From: a virus
Reading direction: 5' to 3' (one strand)
Length of the DNA stretch: 64,000 nt
Virus record (IMG/VR): IMGVR_UViG_3300006990_000020
Coordinates: 9,715-73,714 of that record
Shown here: positions 59,110 to 64,000 of the stretch, in pieces
Layout of the letters: each line of letters opens with the position of its first letter
How positions within the stretch are numbered: the stretch's first letter is position 1
Made by a program: the position numbers and the translations under genes
The notes under the pieces: generated by a model
Databases searched by the model: none
What the model was told of the DNA's origin: nothing
Seen by the model: only the letters and a program-made list of their open reading frames with translations

Positions 59110-60383
59110 CAAGTAATGAGAAAATTTTTATAGAACATAGTAATTTAATAAAAGAGTTTAAAGGTGTTATTATAGAAAATCAATTTTACGATGATTTTTT
59201 TATAGACGACTACAGATTAAATGAAGGAAAAGCCACAGAAGCTATTGTAGCAGCAGCGCTATTTTCAACAATTGCTTTGATTGGTTACTCTGGGAAAGAT
59301 ATGTCAAATTATGTTTCAAATAAATTTAAAGACACACTAACTAGTAGTCAAATCAATAAGTTAGAAAATGACATAGAAGAGTATAAAAAAAGAAGTGCAG
59401 ATGATGTTTTGATTTCTTTGTCAAAGGAAGTTGATAATCAGAAAGATGACATGGTTCTTAAAATTCTACAGAAAAGCAAAAGACTTGCTTTGAAATTTAA
59501 AGAAGTTCAAGAAAACGAGTATTTAAAGTCTGTTTTTGTATCTGAGCTTTTTCACTCGTCGCCAGGGTTAAAAAGAACAATAAGTAGTCATTCTAGAACT
59601 GCAAGGATCAATAATAAACAAAGGTGGATATTGTTTTATACACATGTTGTGAACAAATCTCCAAAAGATATAGAGAAAGGACTTAGCAGGGAAGAAAAAA
59701 AGGAGTGTACGAATCATAGTAAATGGAAGATATATTCAAAAATGATAACAAACATAAAAAGAAATTCGGACGGCACTCCTTTTTTTGTTTTAGAAGCTAG
59801 TCTTGCTAGACAAATTAAAAGAAAAAACGAGCTTGATATTAAAATTTTAGGCGAAAACAAAACTAGTTGGTGCACAGCGACGCTTGGTTATTTAGTAAGC
59901 GACTTTCTAGCTTTTGACAAAAAAGACCTAGAGTCAGGAAAGTCTACTGGATCGTCTTTTGGCAGTACACAAAAAATGTACAATAATTTTAAAAATAGTG
60001 AAGATTTAGTGTATAGCTATGAAAAGGCTATGAGTGCTAACTTAACCAACGATCAAAAATTTAAAAACATAAATTCTGTCATTAAAGTTGGAAGTTTAAT
60101 TACTTTGAAAGGGGCTAGTAATAAAGTCTTTGGTGGTCATGGCGCTTTTGTTATAAAGGTTAATAATGATAATACTTTTGAAACTGTGGAGGGTAACACT
60201 GGGGATAGATCTGTAGATGGTAGAGTTGCTGTTAAGACTAGAACTTTTGAAGAAATTAGAATGATTATAAATTTAAAAGAAATGTTTGGTCCCGCACCAA
60301 GTGCGATTAAAATAACAACATTACAAAATATTGATTTTGACATTGAAGATGCAAAAGGTCTACAAAGTGATGACAAAAAATAA
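59106..60383 (+). CDS. CHAP-domain amidase/peptidase with an N-terminal hydrophobic segment
   Basis: SWCTA...GHGAFV...FETVEGNT catalytic Cys/His pattern; ATGA overlap with the cyclase gene. Confidence 0.7.
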   Translation: MTSNEKIFIEHSNLIKEFKGVIIENQFYDDFFIDDYRLNEGKATEAIVAAALFSTIALIGYSGKDMSNYVSNKFKDTLTSSQINKLENDIEEYKKRSADDVLISLSKEVDNQKDDMVLKILQKSKRLALKFKEVQENEYLKSVFVSELFHSSPGLKRTISSHSRTARINNKQRWILFYTHVVNKSPKDIEKGLSREEKKECTNHSKWKIYSKMITNIKRNSDGTPFFVLEASLARQIKRKNELDIKILGENKTSWCTATLGYLVSDFLAFDKKDLESGKSTGSSFGSTQKMYNNFKNSEDLVYSYEKAMSANLTNDQKFKNINSVIKVGSLITLKGASNKVFGGHGAFVIKVNNDNTFETVEGNTGDRSVDGRVAVKTRTFEEIRMIINLKEMFGPAPSAIKITTLQNIDFDIEDAKGLQSDDKK

Positions 60384-60840
60384 ACAACTTACACAAATAG
60401 AAAAAGCAAAAAGAGGCTGGTGGGCATCAGTTGTCTTTATGCTGCTTATTGTAGCACTCATAATATTTTTAACTTACGTTAAAATCCAAGAAGAAAATCG
60501 TGACATCCTAATTGGTATTATTGGAATGTTAACAGGATCTATTTCGAGCATGTTGTCAATTGCTGCAGGAAAAGACCCCGCTGAAATTGATGAGTTAAAA
60601 GACAAGTTATCAACAGCAAACGCAGATCGAGCGTCCCTTATTGCTAGATTAAGAGACGCTCAAATACAAATCCAATTAAAGACAGATCAGTTGAGCGACA
60701 TCCAGACAGCTTTAATTGAAAAAATGCCTATTTGGAATGGTAAAAAAGTAGTAAAACATAGGTCCGAAGCTGATGTTGTGTTAAATAAACATGTTGAGGA
60801 TTGGCTTCCTGATGTAGACAGAGAAGATAAAATAGATTAA
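60370..60840 (+). CDS. 2-TM membrane protein with a C-terminal coiled coil
   Basis: WWASVVFMLLIVALIIFLTYV and DILIGIIGMLTGSISSMLSI helices followed by a heptad-rich segment; ATG 60370 overlaps the end of the CHAP gene. Confidence 0.65.
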   Translation: MTKNKQLTQIEKAKRGWWASVVFMLLIVALIIFLTYVKIQEENRDILIGIIGMLTGSISSMLSIAAGKDPAEIDELKDKLSTANADRASLIARLRDAQIQIQLKTDQLSDIQTALIEKMPIWNGKKVVKHRSEADVVLNKHVEDWLPDVDREDKID

Positions 60841-60877
60841 TAAAAAATTTTTTACCTTCTCTTGTTTATTGAATTTT

Positions 60878-61561
60878 TTACTTTGGAAGAAAAACTCTAG
60901 CAGTTGATCCTCCATAATGATGAGTCATTTGACTGGTTATATGGTCGCTTGCTTCTTGTCCATTACCCAATGAGACTGAAATGTGGCCACTAACACTACT
61001 CCCTTTTCCCCATACAACTACAGCACCAACAGGTAATCTATTGATCTCTCTATCCCATACTTCAAAGAAATGAAAAGAGCTAGATAATTGGTCTGCTGCC
61101 TGGTAAGCATGTGATCCCCAAAGAAAAGGCCCAGTAACACTTTCAACTGCATCAGCTACAGCATTATAACACCAGCCAACTGTTCCTCTTCTTGATGCTT
61201 CAAGATAAGCAGCATTAGATATTCTTCGACCTTTATCTGAATCATAGATGTTAGATGTGTTACCTGGAGATAAATCACTTTCTTGATAACTAAAATTATC
61301 GTTAGTCTGTGTTGATTCTTCTAGTAAACATGAAGAGTATATGTTGCCTTCTTCTACACAATGACATCCTTCACCATCACAATAATGAGTAAGGCTTTGT
61401 GCACCGGAGTTTACTGCCCAAGCACTCCAAATACAACCATCAGAACACTGTCGACCTAAAAGAGAATATCCATTCTTCTCTTGTATATTGTTTTCGCCAT
61501 AATATTCAGTATCTGAACATCCGAAAATAAAAATCAGTCCAATAAAAAAAATATTCTTCAT
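60878..61561 (-). CDS. Lipoprotein with a C-terminal papain-like (CHAP/NlpC-type) domain
   Basis: Lipobox IFIFG-C, Cys-rich N-domain, GWCYNAV...LPVGAVVVW...SGHISV...ASDH. Confidence 0.65.
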   Translation of the reverse strand: MKNIFFIGLIFIFGCSDTEYYGENNIQEKNGYSLLGRQCSDGCIWSAWAVNSGAQSLTHYCDGEGCHCVEEGNIYSSCLLEESTQTNDNFSYQESDLSPGNTSNIYDSDKGRRISNAAYLEASRRGTVGWCYNAVADAVESVTGPFLWGSHAYQAADQLSSSFHFFEVWDREINRLPVGAVVVWGKGSSVSGHISVSLGNGQEASDHITSQMTHHYGGSTARVFLPK

Positions 61562-61583
61562 TTTCAATAGCCTTTCTAGCTTT

Positions 61584-61892
61584 TTAGTTATTTTCCCACC
61601 ACAAATCTAAAGCACCATAATCAATTAGTTCATATAAGTCATCTGGTAAATTTCCTATACAACTATAATCAAACCACTCACCTTCAAGCCTAAATTCTTT
61701 TAACCTTTCATGAAGAAATCCTTCTCGCCATCCTTGGCCCTCAAAAGACTTGATCAATCTAAGTTTATTTGGATTACCAGTTTGAAGCTGTTTTAATCTT
61801 TTTTGTGGATGCCTTGATCTACCTATCTTTATCATTCCAGTTAAATCTGACTGTATTAGGTATAATTTGTCATTATCTTTTTTCTGTCCCAT
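61584..61892 (-). CDS. GIY-YIG superfamily protein (T5orf172/MUG113-like)
   Basis: LYLIQ...IKIGRS..PQKRLKQLQTGNP...E..LH...GEWF; start ATG 61892 after AGGA. Confidence 0.85.
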   Translation of the reverse strand: MGQKKDNDKLYLIQSDLTGMIKIGRSRHPQKRLKQLQTGNPNKLRLIKSFEGQGWREGFLHERLKEFRLEGEWFDYSCIGNLPDDLYELIDYGALDLWWENN

Positions 61893-61943
61893 AATATTCC
61901 TATAATTAGTCTTTGAATATATTATATACTGAAAGGATAAAAC

Positions 61944-62711
61944 ATGCAAAGACTTCTTTATATATTTTTTACAACTCTTTTGACAACATCAATTTTTCAA
62001 ATAAAAAAAGTTAACTCTCAAGTCAATATTGAAGATATGCGAAACAAAAATAACTCTGAGATAAGTTTCGGTGCAAATCTAAATATTGGTAATAATAATG
62101 TAACAACTGTTGACATATCGACATTAGTCTTAAGAAGGTTATATAAAAGAAATTTTCTTATATTAAAAGCTAATTACAATAAAGGATTCAAAGACAGTAA
62201 AGACTTTATTGATAATTATTTTGGTCATATAAGATTAACATCGATGGTAACAAAAAGAATTGGTTTTGAGCTGTTTTCACAAGCTGAAGGTGATGATTTT
62301 AAGGCTCTTTATTTAAGACAGTTAAATGGAATCGGTATAAGGCTAGAAGTTTACCAGAAAAAAACGCTTAACATTAACCTAGGTCTAGGAATAATGTCTG
62401 ATTATGAAAAAGTCAGAGCCAGAAATTCTTTGTCTAATTTAGTAGTTATTAGAAGTACTTCTTATCTAAGCTTTATGAAAAGATTTAAAGACAGTAAAAA
62501 TAAAATAGTTTTAACATCATATGTTCAGCCGACTGTAATAAACCCATCTGATATAAGACTAACTGTAGAATTCTTAATAAGATTAAGGATCAGTGATGAT
62601 TTTAGTATATATATAGACAATTCAGCTAGTTATCGGTATGATTCTAGACCACCTATAGATATTGGTTTGAATGATTTCATTACAAAAAGTGTTTTAACGT
62701 ATGAATGGTAG
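61944..62711 (+). CDS. DUF481-like outer-membrane beta-barrel protein
   Basis: Signal peptide then QVNIE, amphipathic beta-strands, YRYDSRPP and a terminal LTYEW beta-signal; TATAATTAG motif at 61901. Confidence 0.7.
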   Translation: MQRLLYIFFTTLLTTSIFQIKKVNSQVNIEDMRNKNNSEISFGANLNIGNNNVTTVDISTLVLRRLYKRNFLILKANYNKGFKDSKDFIDNYFGHIRLTSMVTKRIGFELFSQAEGDDFKALYLRQLNGIGIRLEVYQKKTLNINLGLGIMSDYEKVRARNSLSNLVVIRSTSYLSFMKRFKDSKNKIVLTSYVQPTVINPSDIRLTVEFLIRLRISDDFSIYIDNSASYRYDSRPPIDIGLNDFITKSVLTYEW

Positions 62712-62727
62712 AATACTTTAAACTGTT

Positions 62728-62991
62728 TTACATTTTTATTAAATAATCGACTAGTTGATCACAAGATCTTATGTTATCTCTAACAAACACAACAGTTTCT
62801 TCAGAACAGTTTTGACCTAAATAGTCTAACGCTCCTTCATGTATATCTAGACACATTTCAAGTCGATCGATAATGTCACTACAGTTAGATATTTGAATGT
62901 AGTCTGGTATAATATCATTAGGATTAAACATCTCCTCTTTACATGATATCAAAACTAAAATAAATAAAAATAAAAAAATTAAATATCTCAT
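62728..62991 (-). CDS. Small Cys-rich lipoprotein
   Basis: MRYLIFLFLFILVLIS-C lipobox plus four further Cys; start ATG 62991. Confidence 0.65.
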   Translation of the reverse strand: MRYLIFLFLFILVLISCKEEMFNPNDIIPDYIQISNCSDIIDRLEMCLDIHEGALDYLGQNCSEETVVFVRDNIRSCDQLVDYLIKM

Positions 62992-63025
62992 TGTAAATCT
63001 CAACTTTTTATATAATAATCTATAT
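62991..63025 (+). promoter_or_regulatory. sigma70-type promoter, probably leaderless
   Basis: TTGTAA-17 bp-AATAAT-ctatat-ATG(63026); a TATAAT overlaps at 63011. Confidence 0.45.
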
Positions 63026-63214
63026 ATGAATGAAATAGAGAACAACAAGATATACTATAAAATCAATCCAACAGAATTAACATGTATTAATATTCTTATT
63101 AGACTTGCGCAAGAGTCTATTAATAGAGGAACTTTTAGTGATTTAGAGACTGAACAAATTTATAAAACTATTGAGCAATTAACTAGTGCTCAATATCATC
63201 CTCAGGATCCATGA
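63026..63214 (+). CDS. Small hypothetical protein (62 aa)
   Basis: Fills the gap, has an upstream promoter-like element and plausible helical composition. Confidence 0.5.
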   Translation: MNEIENNKIYYKINPTELTCINILIRLAQESINRGTFSDLETEQIYKTIEQLTSAQYHPQDP

Positions 63215-63515
63215 CTTCATCACCATATCTGTCAAAGTGATTACCCTCCAGATCACCTTCAACTGCCTGGTCTTCTAAGAAACCCTCTAATGCGTCTCTG
63301 TCAATTCCCATCCGCTTACAGAATTCATCTAACAAAGATTCTTTATCTCTGTCACCAAAATCATCGCCATCCATGTCAAAATCATCAGGTGATTCTGGAG
63401 AGTTTAAATAATCATCCTCAAGACTAGCAGATAGATCTGGTGGACCTGTCATGTCATCTTCGTTAATTTGCTTTCTCCAGCTTTCACATAAAACCTTAAA
63501 ACTTTTTCTATCCAT
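63183..63515 (-). CDS. Acidic hypothetical protein, possible internal head protein
   Basis: N-terminal KVLCESWRKQINE then a D/E-rich body; AATATTTAA motif at 63540-63548 and AGGGA RBS. Confidence 0.65.
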   Translation of the reverse strand: MDRKSFKVLCESWRKQINEDDMTGPPDLSASLEDDYLNSPESPDDFDMDGDDFGDRDKESLLDEFCKRMGIDRDALEGFLEDQAVEGDLEGNHFDRYGDEVMDPEDDIEH

Positions 63516-63562
63516 TCTAAATTCCCTTTGCTGAATGTGTTAAATATTATTATAACTATATG

Positions 63563-64000
63563 TTAGTTTTGTATTTGTCTAATATTTCCAGCTGCTCTTG
63601 TATAATTACTCTTTACCATTTCACAATTACTTTTTATGCTTTCACAAAAGTCTTGTTTGAAATCAGAGTCTTCTCCGATTTTTTGTGCTAGCTTAGAAAC
63701 ATCATTTTTCCACCACTTAAGACAAGGATGCGTAACTGAAAGACTTTTAAAATTATCTTCACATCCAGCTGAAAGGCTATTGCATATCCTGTTAACTTCT
63801 TCTCTAGTTAAAAATCCAAATCTAATTGCATCAACAAGTGTTTGAAAAAAACCAGTGCTGGCACTCATAAGTTTAACAGCATCACTTTGTGATATATCAC
63901 CACTCCTCATAGCTTCCTTTGGTAAGGTTTCCACACCAAATCTTTTATCATCTCCACTTGACATATATCTCGTCTTTAACATAGTACTACTGCCTATGTC
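63563..64000 (-). CDS. Hypothetical protein, probably 5'-truncated by the window edge
   Basis: The frame stays open upstream of ATG 63982 (GAC ATA GGC AGT AGT ACT) to the window end. Confidence 0.55.
   Translation of the reverse strand, partial: DIGSSTMLKTRYMSSGDDKRFGVETLPKEAMRSGDISQSDAVKLMSASTGFFQTLVDAIRFGFLTREEVNRICNSLSAGCEDNFKSLSVTHPCLKWWKNDVSKLAQKIGEDSDFKQDFCESIKSNCEMVKSNYTRAAGNIRQIQN

Noticed and set aside
5488-60376. Numerous 60-170 aa ORFs antisense to long genes (e.g. 5488, 6075, 25126, 35921, 43318, 58809, 60137)
   Set aside because: They lie inside well-supported genes on the opposite strand, have I/L/S/F-rich shadow composition and lack RBSs.
60841-60877. Terminator between convergent genes (taaaaaattttttta)
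   Set aside because: Only an A/T palindrome with no GC stem; too weak to call.
61584-61892. GIY-YIG gene as an intron-borne homing endonuclease
   Set aside because: It is free-standing and short, interrupts no gene, and has no flanking room for intron structure.
1-64000. Alternative genetic code (stop-codon reassignment)
   Set aside because: Coding density is already near complete in code 11, and TAA, TAG and TGA all end genes at tight junctions.
1-64000. Eukaryotic giant virus or bacterial chromosome origin
   Set aside because: Contractile-tail baseplate genes, SD sequences, sigma factors and the absence of cellular housekeeping operons indicate a tailed bacteriophage.

Overview
This AT-rich window is almost entirely coding and mostly minus-strand. 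It reads as part of a large (jumbo-type) myovirus-like bacteriophage genome in the standard genetic code. In coordinate order it holds: a partial DNA primase and a RuvC-like resolvase; a ~30 kb baseplate/tail-base module (LamG, FN3 and DNRLRE-like proteins, gp6-like wedge, gp25-like and spike-like genes, several very large orphans); a phage sigma factor; two GT4 glycosyltransferases; a Cas4-like PD-(D/E)XK nuclease; ~15 kb of fibre/adhesin genes (PA14, H-lectin-like, an internally duplicated 1301-aa protein); PIN-PhoH; a stand-alone sigma-70 region-4 protein; an operon of a degenerate GroEL-like protein, a Zn-binding protein and an Hc1 histone-like protein; Nudix; and a DinG-like helicase. The last 7 kb is an envelope-focused accessory region: a holin-like gene, a coupled cyclase + CHAP + 2-TM operon, two lipoproteins, a GIY-YIG protein and a DUF481-like outer-membrane beta-barrel, which points to a Gram-negative host. 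The most notable items are the membrane-anchored class III cyclase operon with non-canonical base-selecting residues, the ATPase-motif-less chaperonin operon, a recurrent ATA[ACT]TTAG putative late-promoter motif, three apparently leaderless sigma70-type promoters, and (I/L)xE-rich putative head-packaged proteins. No tRNA, rRNA, CRISPR array or mobile element was seen. All family calls come from reading motifs by eye, not from database searches.
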